Source: Geosiphon pyriformis uo1 (taxonomy: Eukaryota > Fungi > Glomeromycota). From it: DNA of 64,000 bases. The notes beneath the pieces were generated by a model. It was not told the DNA's origin. It ran no database searches and was given only the letters and a program-made list of their open reading frames with translations. The position numbers and the translations under genes are program-made. Numbering within the stretch: position 1 is the stretch's first letter; each line of letters starts with the position of its first letter. Location: positions 641,365-705,364 of the forward strand of contig JAAOMT010000514.1 in NCBI GenBank assembly GCA_016748015.1, in the 5' to 3' direction. Shown here in pieces: positions 25,984-37,859 of this stretch.

Positions 25984-27450
25984 CTTATTTTTTGGTAGAC
26001 GTTAACTACATATAGAAATTGTCAATGAAAGACTATAATTGAATATCGCTACCCCAGATAATTTTTGAATCTTACCTTACTTTTTATTTCTGGTACGCGT
26101 TTGACTATGCACAGAATTGTCAATCATTGAATCCTACTTATTTTTTATTTTTGGTACGCGTTTGACTTCACATAGAAATTTCAATGAAAAACTCTAATTG
26201 AATGTCGCTTCCCCAGAAAATATTAAATCTTAACTTATTTTTTTATTTCTGGTATGCGTTTGACTATGCACAGAATTGTCAATCATTGAATCTTACTTAT
26301 TTTTTATTTTTGGTACGTTTGACTTCACATAGAAATTGTCAATGAAAGACTATAATTGAATGCTGCTACCCCAGAAAATATTAAATATTACCTTATTTTT
26401 TATTTCTGGTACGCGTTTGACTATGCACAGAATTGTCAATCATTGAATCCTACTTATTTTTTATTTTTGGTACGCGTTTGACTTCACATAGAAATGTCAA
26501 TGAAAAACTCTAATTGAATGCTGCTACTCCAAAAAATATTAAATCTTAACTTATTTTTTTATTTCTGGTACGCTTTTGATTACGCACAGAATTGTCAATC
26601 ATTGAATAGTATTAAATCTTACCTTATTTTTTATTTCTCTTACGCGTTTGACTTCACATAGAAATTGTCAATGAAAGACTATAATTGAATGCCGCTACCC
26701 CAGAAAATATTAAATCTTACCTTATTTTTTATTTCTGGTACGCTTTTGATTACGCACAGAATTGTCAATCATTAAATCCTACTTATTTTTTATTTTTGGT
26801 ACGCGTTTGACTTCACATAGAAATTTCAATGAAAAACTCTAATTGAATGTCGCTTCCCCAGAAAATATTAAATCCTACCTTATTTTTTATTTCTGGTATG
26901 CGTTTGACTATGCACAGAATTGTCAATCATTGAATCTTACTTATTTTTTATTTTTGGTACGCGTTTGACTTCACATAGAAATTTCAATGAAAAACTCTAA
27001 TTGAATGTCGCTTCCTCAGAAAATATTAAATCCTACCTTATTTTTTATTTCTGGTATGCGTTTGACTATGCACAGAATTGTCAATAATTGAATCTTACTT
27101 ATTTTTTATTTTTGGTACGCGTTTGACTTCACATAGAAATTTCAATGAAAAACTCTAATTGAATGTCGCTTCCTCAGAAAATATTAAATCCTACCTTATT
27201 TTTTATTTCTGGTATGCGTTTGACTATGCACAGAATTGTCAATCATTGAATCTTACTTATTTTTTATTTTTGGTACGCGTTTGACTTCACATAGAAATTT
27301 CAATGAAAAACTCTAATTGAATGCTGCTACCCCAGAAAATATTAAATCTTACCTTATTTTTTTATTTCTGGTACGCTTTTGACTACATATGGAAGTTGTC
27401 AATAAAAGACAATAATTGAGTGCTATTAAATGTTACCTTATTTTTTTTAG
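25984..27450. repeat. Higher-order tandem array: ~158-bp unit (long ~97-bp + short ~61-bp subunits), ~9 copies
   Basis: Both subunits begin TACYTTATTTTTTATTTYTGGTAYGCGTTTGACT. Long subunits start near 26135, 26293, 26451, 26619, 26780, 26937, 27095 and 27254. Confidence 0.95.
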
Positions 27451-27770
27451 ATTTTCGCAGTAAATCATCGATAGATCGGGATCCTATTCTTAAATTGATC
27501 ATTAATCCAATTAAAAGCAAGTAATTCAAGTTTAATATTTGGTTAGATTGGAATGCTATGGATAGTAAATTCTAACTTTAATGATTTAGAAGAAATCTAA
27601 TTGTCAAGAAATAAGGATACTAAATTGACTATGAGGTCGGATCAGTATAAATAACAGCTCGCTAGAGCTTCCAAGAAATTCATCTCAAAAATATAAAGCT
27701 TTCTTATTATAAAGCAAAAAAACTCTTTAGAAAAAATAAAACCTTCGCAAAATCATATAACCAGTCAAAA

Positions 27771-28436
27771 ATGTCTCTAACAAGCATCATATATCTCACC
27801 ATCTTCCTAGCTTCATATTTGGTCGTTGCATATCCAACTATCGAAAAAAGAGGAAGCTTTAACGGAAATAACAATGGTAATGGAAATATCGGAGACTTTA
27901 ACGGAAACTATAATGGTAACAACAATGTTGGAGACTTTAACGGAAACTATAATGGTAACAACAATGTTGGAGACTTTAACGGAAACAACAATGGTAACAA
28001 CAATGTTGGAGACTTTAACGGAAACTATAATGGTAACAACAATGTTGGAGACTTTAACGGAAACAACAATGGTAACAACAATGTTGGAGACTTTAACGGA
28101 AACTATAATGGTAACAACAATGTTGGAGACTTTAACGGAAACAACAATGGTAACAACAATGTTGGAGACTTTAACGGAAACTATAATGGTAACAACAATG
28201 TTGGAGACTTTAACGGAAACAACAATGGTAACAACAATGTTGGAGACTTTAACGGAAACAACAATGGTAACAACAATGCTGGATTTTTCGATGGACAAAT
28301 AAGACCATATAATTATTATGAATACAAGCCGTTTTTGGAAGGAGCTTTTGTTAAACGTGGATACAATGGATACAATGGATACCGTAGCAGATACAACAAC
28401 ATTAACCGAAGGTGTTTTCGTTTAAATTGCTTGTAG
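27771..28436 (+). CDS. Secreted Asn/Gly-rich tandem-repeat protein (11 x 13 aa, GDFNGN(Y/N)NGNNNV) with signal peptide and two KR sites
   Basis: Intact ORF with a CAAAAATG context and a TATAAATA box at ~27646. Signal peptide MSLTSIIYLTIFLASYLVVA, propeptide YPTIEKR, repeats 27852-28280, second KR before GYNGYNGY. Confidence 0.88.
   Translation: MSLTSIIYLTIFLASYLVVAYPTIEKRGSFNGNNNGNGNIGDFNGNYNGNNNVGDFNGNYNGNNNVGDFNGNNNGNNNVGDFNGNYNGNNNVGDFNGNNNGNNNVGDFNGNYNGNNNVGDFNGNNNGNNNVGDFNGNYNGNNNVGDFNGNNNGNNNVGDFNGNNNGNNNAGFFDGQIRPYNYYEYKPFLEGAFVKRGYNGYNGYRSRYNNINRRCFRLNCL
27852..28280 (+). repeat. 39-bp coding tandem repeat x11 with 78-bp (Y/N) higher-order alternation
   Basis: GGAGACTTTAACGGAAAC(TAT/AAC)AATGGTAACAACAATGTT units. 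Confidence 0.97.
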
Positions 28437-30899
28437 TAATAACGGAAATAATAATGGATACAATAACCGATGGAAATAACAACTGAGCTAATAATCAAAA
28501 AAATCATAATGCGAAAGAAATTAGTTTTTTTAACTTTTTCCTCTTATTATACTATTTCATTTTTGTTTCATAGTTAATTCTCAATAAACTTTAAAGTGAA
28601 TAAAATAAATAAAATTTTAAAACTCGACTAAATTTGAATATAAAAATGCATATGATAATTGCATTTTATGGAAAAACTTAAACAGTTTGAAGACTAATCG
28701 ACATTTTTCAAAAAAAAATTAAGAGTTAATTTTCAGACTTCATTAATTATTTAAAGGTAATTTAATGTTCAAAAATTAAGTTCTTTTTTAAATGTCAATT
28801 TTGATAACTTGAAAATATATTTCCGATTAATTACTTTAACTGTGTCACCAATTTTAATTTGGTTTATTATTTCAATTTTTTAGTATTTAATCGTTGAAAT
28901 AATAATGCCATTGATTAAATCTTGGATATTAAATAAGGAATTATTTTCACTTATCTCAAAAAATTGTGTTTCAAAAACTCCTTTCGGATTTTTGAATCAG
29001 ATTTTTTTATCTAGTCAGTTATAATGTTTTGGAGTTTTTATAGACATATTTGGGGTTGCTATTTGTGTTTAGTCTTCAATGGCTTTTTAGAGCTATATTT
29101 CAATGACCTTTTTTGGGAAAGCTCTTATTAGTAGTGCACATATAAAGATTTGTACTCTTTTTGAATTTATTTATCAAATATATTTTCCTAAAAAAAACTT
29201 TTTTTTCATTTTATTTCTCTTCATTTCTTAATAAGTTGGAAATCAGAACGAAATAAACTTTGACGAATGAAATTTTTTCCACCAATTTGTCTTCAAATAT
29301 TAACTGATATATAATTAAATAGAAGAAAACCATGATAGATGTTGTATTCTTTTTAAATTTAGAAATCATAAGTTTTGTAATTAATTATTTAACATTAAAT
29401 TCTAAAATTTGTTGACCAAAACATAAAATTACATTAAATTTTAGAATATTCATTATTATTTTCACAATTTTTGATTTTAAATTTTTAATTAAATATTAAA
29501 TATTTTAAGACTAATTTTTTTTGGTATTTATTTCTTAATATTATTTATCTACTTTTAATTTTTGTGACTTTATTTGTTAATTTATTCTTCTAACTTGAAG
29601 AATTATTATAGTATTAAATTTGGAATTTGATTTAATTTTTATTTTATTATATATATATTAACTTTTATTTTATTTTTACTCATGTTCTGAAATAAGTGTA
29701 TACAAAAAAAACAATAAAACCTCTAATTTCAAAATAAAAATAACTTTACAATTACTGCAATAGCTAAAACTGCTGTAACTATTTGTAACTGTTACAATAA
29801 CTTAGAATTGTTATAAATAATTGAGCACATTTTTTAGTTATTAATTTTCATATCTTGATTAATAAAAAATAATATTTTGTATTTTTCAAAATAACATTTA
29901 AAATATATTTAATTATTTAAAAGATTAATTGTATATTTTTTATTATAAATACAAACTTAATAATTTTGTGAATTTTAATCAATTTGGGTAAATTTTCATT
30001 TTATAATTAAAAATATTTAAATTTATACTATATTAGATTTAAAAAAAAGAAAGAGTTTTATATTATGCTTTTATTTATTACATTATTAGAATTAAATGTC
30101 AATAGTAAAAATAAATTAAAGATTACTGAAATTTAATTCTAAGAATGTAATATGTATTGAATATAAATAAATAATGTTTAATTATTAATTTTGTGCTTAA
30201 ATTGGCTAATAAGTAAAAAAAAAACAGATATAAAAAATTATTTGTTAAATTTGTTAAAAAAAATATTCAGTTTGATGATTTTGTTATAGGCTTTTCTATT
30301 ATTTTTGAGTATAAGAATAATTTTAAGTTGAATTTTAATTATTATTTTATATTAATGCATTTTTTAAGAAATTCTGAAATTTTAAGTGTGTTTATAAAAG
30401 TATAATATAATTCCGTTTAGCTTAATTGACTGGTTATATATAAAAAAATACATAAATTGTACTTAATTTAAAAATTTTTTTGTTATATTGTATTAAATAA
30501 CAATTGGGCTATTTTTTGGTTAAAGCATAATAATAAAAATAATAAAATAATAATTTTTTTATTAAAATTAATAAATAAGCAAAAAAAGTTTTTTAAAAAT
30601 TTAAAAATTTTAAAATAAACAATAATATATTATTAAAAAACCAATAAATTTTAATTTTATAACAAACTTTTTATTAAATATTGAAAAATCATTTTAAATA
30701 TTATTCAATAAAGCCTAATACAATTTTTGATAATTAATTTAATATTAATAAAATTATGCATTAATTTTAATATAAGTTATTTTAATAAAAATAAAAATAA
30801 AAATATAAATATAAATAAAAAACACCAGAATAAAAATCATTTAATTTAGCAAATATTGTTATTATTATTCAAAATAAGAAAAATTTTTTATTTTACAAT

Positions 30900-31498
30900 C
30901 AAAATAAAAATAAAATTAATACTGGAAATACAGACATAGTAAAAACACCCAAAAGAAAAAACCAATGCCTTAATTTTCAAGAGAAGAAAAAACAGATTTT
31001 TAAACAATAAATATTTTAAAAAAAATTAAAATAAAATTTATTTTTTGGTATCTTAAAAGAGTTTGCAACAGTAATAATAATAAAAAAAGGAAAAATTGTT
31101 TTTTTTACTGCTTTGGCTTTTCTAATTATTTCGATAGCAGCAGAAAAAGTAAATATAAAAAACAGTGGCTTTACTACTGGTTCATTTTTAATGACTTTAA
31201 AGCACTTTACAGCGGCAATAACAACATTAAAACTAGTCTTAGTATATTAATATGAAAAAGCTTTTACTGACAAAAACTTTTACCCAAAGAAAAAAAGTGC
31301 TCTTAAAACAGCCAAAGATGATTTACACTAAAAATGTTTAGAAAAAAGTGTTTTCGTAATACCTTGTTTAACTGTTTTTATAACAAAAAAAACTTTTTGG
31401 GTTATAATACTTTTAGCTACTATATGAGAAATAGTGGTTGCTTCTTTTTTACTTTTTGCTCTGGTCATGGTCATAAATTTAAGAGAGAAAAAGAGTTT
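30900..31498 (-). mobile_element. Highly decayed 5' portion of another LINE subfamily
   Basis: Minus strand reads AAACTCTTTTTCTCTCTTAAATTTATGACCATGACCAGAGCAAAAAGTAAA: a LINE-like 5' terminus followed by MTRAKSKK... The downstream extent is approximate. Confidence 0.5.
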
Positions 31499-31659
31499 AT
31501 TATGTAAGGAAATGGTTTAAAGCTGTAAAAATATTTAATATCTAAGTATTGATGAATTAATTTTTTAATAGTATCTTTGTTAGTGTTAATAAAAAATTTT
31601 TAAATAAATAATTAAAAATTATATTTATCTCATGCTAACTAGTTTGCAAAAAAAAGATT

Positions 31660-32345
31660 ATTGGAAAGCACAAAATCAACTTGGATGCTGCTATTATAAT
31701 GGAAAGTGTACCGAGAATTTTGAACAAACAGTCGGATAGTATACCAAAGCAGCACAATAGGGAAACTTCGAAGCACAACATTAACTTGTGCATTGCTATT
31801 ATTATGGGTACGGTGTTAATGATAATCTTGAAGAAGCAGTTGGATGGTATAGCAAAGCAGTAGAGCAGGGAAACATAGACACCAATATATATTTGCGACT
31901 CTGAATTTCAGGAGCATGGTGTTACCAAAAATTTTGAGAAAGAAATTGAATGGATAACCAAGGCAGCGAAATGAGGAAATGTGGAGGCGCAATATGAACT
32001 TGGTTTTTCCTATTATAATGGGAAAGGAGTGAAACAGAATTATAAAATGGCATTTCAACGGATAACTGAAGCAGCCAAGCAAGAAAACGAATTTGCGCAA
32101 TATGCACTTTGATGTTGCTATTAAAATGGGTATGGTGAGAAAGCAATTGAATGGATAACCAAGGCAGTGAAACTAAGAAACGTGGATGCCTAATATCAAC
32201 TTGGATGTTTCTATTATAATGGGTAGTTGAGGTTAATTTGAGTAACTAAAGCGGCTGAGCAAGAAAAAATTGATGCGTAATATGAATTTGGGTCTTGCTA
32301 TTGAGGTGGGAAAGGAGTAGCAAAGAATTTTGAAAAAGGAGCAGA
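31660..32345 (+). pseudogene. Sel1-like repeat pseudogene
   Basis: KAQNQLGCCYYNGK..., YTKAAQ*GNFEAQH*L..CYYYGYGV...AVGWYSKAVEQGN, EAQYELGFSYYNGKGV. Many stops and frameshifts. Confidence 0.85.
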
Positions 32346-32753
32346 AGCTCAAAAATTTTCCAAAAGACGACTAATTAAATATACGATTTTCATCCTATCT
32401 TTTCACCTATCTCGATTTGATATTGGCTATCAACCATAAAAACACTTTGGGATAAATTATTTCTGCTCAAGAAATATATTATACATTTAAAAGTATAAGA
32501 GGACTTTCTAAAAGAATAAACAAACGTTTCGCTTTTAAGAGTTTCTTGAAAATATTCAATAGTGTTTATAATTTCAAGAATTAAGCCACTTCAATTCATT
32601 AACAAATTCACAGATTTGGAAAATGGAATATATATTATATTTTGTGAGTTTTATTTTTGTAAATTTATTTTAACAACAATCAATTATAACATTTAAAATT
32701 TACTATTAAAACAAATAAACACATAACAGAATTTTTATATAATAATCTAATAT

Positions 32754-35465
32754 AGAATACACTACATTAATGAATTATAGGGTAGATCTTTCGAATCTAA
32801 GGCTTCTGAAAAAATCTCAATTACAAAAGGAAAACCATCGAGATAAAAATTAACAAGAAAACAGTAACTATATCAGTCCGAATGCCGTTGAACTTAGTAT
32901 TACTGGCGTTACTTTTCGAAGATGTTGGGGTTGGGGTTACAGTTGGTTTTTTATCGGCTGGAGTTTTGGTTGAATCGGTTAGAGAGCTGCTTGATTCAGT
33001 TTCAGCTGAATCGGTTAAAGTGCTGCTTGATTTGGGTGAATTTGTGGTTTTAGCTGTTGAATTTGTGGTTGCGGTTGATTTGGTTGGATCGATTAGAATT
33101 ATACTCGGGTTATAAAGTTTGCAAGCTGAAATGACATCTATAAAGAAGTATAACAAAAATTAAGAAATATGCGAGAATCGATGACAATGTATCAATTAAA
33201 TTTGCTTACCAGATACTGAAACGAAACCAGTTGATTGATATTCAACTGATGATGGGCATTTAAAACAGCTATTATGAATTTAAGAATGTATGAGTAAAAT
33301 TAATAACCCAGTCCGTGAACTTGAATTCTCTGTAAGTGTTCGCCTACCTCGCATACTCATCAATTGAGGACTGCTTGCAGAAGCATTTTGATACAGTTGC
33401 TTTAGGTAAGTTCGTGATTTCACTAGCCGAACTAGCACCAGTACAGGTGAGGAGATTGGCATCCCCATTTGCACACGCTTGGCAGTCTGGGGTTAAAGCA
33501 GCGCTGTCCACCATAAACCAACATGAAAGAATAGCAATAAAGAAAAAAATAATTTTATACATTTTTTATAAGATACAATTCAAAAGTGGTATGGGTGCGC
33601 GATATAAATAATTGTTTAAACACAAAGGTTTAGTAGGATTAAAGAAATGAAGCAATCCCAAGAAACAGTGGCTGCTTGGATTTTAGTCGAAAGAGTTTAT
33701 ATACTTTCTCGAATAGCGTATAAAATCTGTGTCTTGTTACGCATGTTGAAAAAATTAAGAAATTTTACTCCGCGCCATAAAGATCATCTGCCATCTTTGC
33801 TGCCTATAAGGTTTGTAATTTTTGTCCAGAATAAAAGAAATTAAAAATCATAGTCCCACCAGGCTGAACACGGGCTTAAAAAAACACAAAACATAGTGCA
33901 GACGCCATATCGAGTCTTACAAAAGACTATTTATCATTTTTGGTTAATTTAATTTAAGATTATCATGTTACTGCTTTTACTTATTGAAAGTTAATTGATT
34001 TATGATATATTGAGACTTGCAGTTTAGGGCGATCTTGTCTTCAGGAACTTTAAATTTAGGGAGGTAAAATAAGTGTTGCAATGTTTTTAATTGATTTACG
34101 TAATTTTATTTAGACATGTATTAGATTCAGGTATCACCTCAAACTAATTTTCTGTGTAATTATCTAACAGAATATGATTTTCATCCTACAAGTTTTAAGA
34201 CCAAATTTTCCTTTCTATTTTGCGTAATAGCAGCCAAAATTGTTTCGGTCTAATATAAAAATCCAGCCAAGTTTTATTATATTATTGGAAGAAAGGGGTT
34301 CGTTCAGCATTTAAACTATGTAGGATTAACAAGTTTCCAAAATTATAAGATAAACTGCAAAAAGATTTTACCTAAAATATCAAACTAATCTTGTAAACTC
34401 GATGCTAAAATTTGTAAGGCAATTTATTGCCAATCATGGCAAACATTAAATTTTGCTTTTATACAATTTAACGGTCAGATTTTAGGCTTTTTGATAGTTC
34501 TAATTATTTTTTCAACCCTTTGTACTTAAGGGTTTATAATTTTTCAACATAAAATATTTTAATTTTGAATCAGAACACAATGTTTGCTTTTAAAGTATAA
34601 TTTATTCAAAATTTTTGAATTATATAAATATTTTGTTAAAAAACTCTAATGTAAAATTAAAAGTATTCAAGATATAAATAGAAATATGTTTTTACTTTTT
34701 TAAAATTATTATTATTATATTAAATTAATAATTTTTCTAAATTACCAATTTTAATCTATTATTCTAAAAATATTTTTATTACTTTTCATTGGTTTGTAAA
34801 ATATTTTTTCTGGGTTATGTGTATATTAATTTGTAATTTATTCATTACATAAGATATTACATTTCAAAATAAATATTTCTTATTTCTTTAAAAATTATTT
34901 GCTATTTATAAATACTATTTTGCTTAGTTAACACATGTATAATATTTTTTAATTGAAATAAGTTTATCAAAAATAATTGCCATATTTATACTTGTATTTA
35001 ATGCAAAGTTGGATTCGATGCAAAATCGTTTATGTTTTTCATATTTCAGTAGCATTATGCTCAAGTCAAACAAGTAAAAGACAGTGTACATCGAGATTGG
35101 AATAAATATTTTAAACATGCATTAGCATATAACAATCAAAGTAAAAATATATGTTTAAGGAAGTTATTGCCAAGAAAAGTTACCAATTAAAAAACAACAA
35201 TTTTTCTATATATATTACTTTGCACATTTACATACAAGCAACATTTTTCTATTAAGGACAAAAAAAGTGTTCCTTATAATCCAAAGAAAATCAATATTTT
35301 ATATTAATTACTTTTACTATTATTTATTATAATATTATAACAAAATATTTGTTTAATTTAAAATTTTTAATAACCTCCTTTCTGTGTTATATATTGTCTT
35401 TATCTTGAATTTTTGAATATTATAATAGATAATTAACGTCGAAAACTTAGCGATCCTACGTTGAA
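32754..35465 (-). repeat. Inverted segmental duplication, arm B
   Basis: Reverse complement of 21063-23706. Confidence 0.95.
32821..33562 (-). CDS. Paralogous secreted 8-Cys (CFEM-like) GPI-type protein, 196 aa; exons 33562-33348, 33268-33210, 33137-32821
   Basis: Same exon 1 and 2 lengths (215, 59 nt) and GT-AG junctions as copy A. Head nearly identical, stalk diverged, C-terminal DIVTVFLLIFISMVFLL. Confidence 0.88.
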
Positions 35466-35799
35466 CAGGCTTCTTTCTTGTAATAATGTAATAAAACCTA
35501 CTGTGTTTTTTATATTATATTATATGGAAACATTTATGCTGTAATTACGCAAAATACAAAAGGAAAATTGTGTCTTAAAACTTGTGAAATGGATAAAATA
35601 GAGATCATGCATTTCATTTACATAAAACTTTCTTTTTTTAAAGCTAAAACTTGTTTTATTTCATACCACATTCATGGTTAACCTTAAAACTCTTAAAAAA
35701 AGATCAAGCCTCGAATCAATTGACTTTTCCTCAGATAATCAATTGTAACTGCATAAGGATAATTAAAAATCTTGTGGGTTAACAAAGAGTACAGGTGAC

Positions 35800-35890
35800 C
35801 TTTATAATTCCCTTCCATCTTGATAAGCAATTGCAAAGATTATATTGTGCAAGGGTATATCCCGCCTCTGCTGCTTTTGAATACAATGCA
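35800..35890 (-). pseudogene. Single Sel1 repeat fragment
   Basis: Minus strand reads LYSKAAEAGYTLAQYNL. Confidence 0.6.
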
Positions 35891-36149
35891 CATAAATTCA
35901 AAGCCTAATAGATTGACCAATCCAGAAGATCTTGTTCGTGATATATAAAATGCAATCACGATAGTCAATCTATCAGATATTTTTTGATATCCCTACAATG
36001 CGAAAATCAAAAAAATCAAAATCTCTACCATATATGAATATTTTAACCTTTATTAATTCTAAAAATATGCATTTTTTTTATGCTTAATAAATCCTAATGT
36101 TTTTTTTTGATCTTTTCTGTCTTTTTTTATTTTGTTCGTCAAGTACTTC

Positions 36150-36960
36150 TTCTTTAGGCGATGACACTGTAGTACTTTTTTCGATACGATTTATCTTACT
36201 TGTGGGTACTTGCATTAATAGAACAATCAGGATATTCTATATAAAATAATATTATTTTTGTAATATTCATAAATGAAATTTAGTATAATAAAATAAATTT
36301 AATAATAATTCAACAAATTCGAGTAAATTTGATAAAGCTTGTTCAGACCATTGTATAGGAATTTGTGTTTTTTTTTAAATAATAATGTCGATGTATATCA
36401 AGATTGTCCCTAATAAGTACATTTAACTGGATCTCGGTTCCTATAATATTATGTTTTATTAATATTAAATTGGTAAATAATAATAGAGTTTTAAAATAAT
36501 TTTATCATAAATTATTACCTGCTACTTGAATTCCCAAAGCACCAAATTAATCTTTTTCCAAAACATACCATCATTGGTTTCTCGCCACAATTTTATTTCA
36601 TCTTCTCTTTTTTTAATATTACTACATAATAAACGTGAGCATTCCCCAAATACAAGCTCAAATGTTTTACCTTCCCGTTTTGTAAATACATAAAATTTTA
36701 TAACTTTCCAAAATATCCTTCCCATTTTCTCTTTGTACTAGCGATACTTTGTCGCTCTGCACTAAGAGTAAAATTTTAAAAACATAACTTTTAGTAATAA
36801 ATTTCTTTTTTTTAATAATGGAACTTTATGTGCTGATAAATGCAAATTGCCTATATAGAAGCTCTTTTGTTGATGCTCAAATCAAAGGAGTTATTATGTC
36901 TGTTGCATATGTTCCTTCATTTTGTGTTCTGAATTTATTCAAACATCACCTCTAAAAATC
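36150..36960 (-). pseudogene. Decayed multi-exon gene of a Glomeromycotina-expanded family (possibly a nuclease-like C-terminal domain)
   Basis: FELVFGECSRLLC...KLWRETNDGMFW, then FGALGIQVA followed by a GT donor, then EIQLNVLIRDNLDIHRH. Frameshifted. Family assignment is from memory only. Confidence 0.45.
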
Positions 36961-37859
36961 AATAATTTATATTTTTCTGAAAAATTTGATATAAACTCAT
37001 AGCATTTATATTGAATTGAGTTTGGAAGTGTGACAATCATATTATGTGATGGTTTCTGTTAAAGGATCAATTTATTTGATGAAGTTCTACAGAAAGAAAA
37101 GATGAATCGCTTAAAAGCCTCTCTTGTAAATATCTTATATTTTTCTTTATTATATCATCATCAAAGGAAAATTGTCCACTCTTTATAAATGTATAAATAT
37201 TAATTTATATTGTTATTACAAAAAAGGAATCTATCATACCATCTTCAATGCTCTGATATCACGTGGACTACAAAAGTTTCATAGGCACATTCAAACTGAT
37301 GCAAAATAATATTTTGTTAGTTTAATTAGGTAATATGTACATTACTTATCTCTCATTTACATGTACTATCAGAAATCTTATAGTTTTTTGTTTGGCCACC
37401 ACAAGAACAATAATTTATTTAAATATTACTCCATAGAGCAAAAATACCTTTCACTACATTCAAAGTGTTAACTTGTACTCGTAGGCTTGAATACCTTTCA
37501 TTACATTAAAAGTTATAACTTGTACTTGCAGACTCGGATATCTTTCACTACATTCGAAGTTAGAACTTGTACTTGTAGGCTCGGGTATTTTGTCATGTAG
37601 TATTTGCACCATCATCATATATACATAAAAAAAATTGACCAAAAAAATGAATGACTAACCTCTAAAAGAAGATCAGAAAATTTTTCATTGAGTGAACTGA
37701 TGGCATTTACTCTAGGAAAAGATCAGCTAATATGAATTTAAATAAGAAGTTCAAAGTATTTGATAAACTGACTTTTCTTTGGAACATGGGATTGGAATTA
37801 TTCCTAATTTAAAAAAAGTATTTTTAAAATTACAGAAACCAGCGAAGATTAAAGTTTCT

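Noticed and set aside
25984-27450. CRISPR-like repeat/spacer appearance
   Set aside because: The intervening sequences are themselves repeated (two alternating types) rather than unique spacers. No cas genes, and the context is eukaryotic.
27813-28302. Overlapping ORFs 27813-28298 (-) and 27826-28302 (+)
   Set aside because: By-products of a stop-free 39-bp repeat. Only the Asn/Gly frame has a signal peptide and a good start context.
27771-28436. Classical KEP/dikaritin RiPP precursor
   Set aside because: The repeats are not individually separated by KR/RR sites, and no DUF3328/UstY or other tailoring genes are visible nearby.
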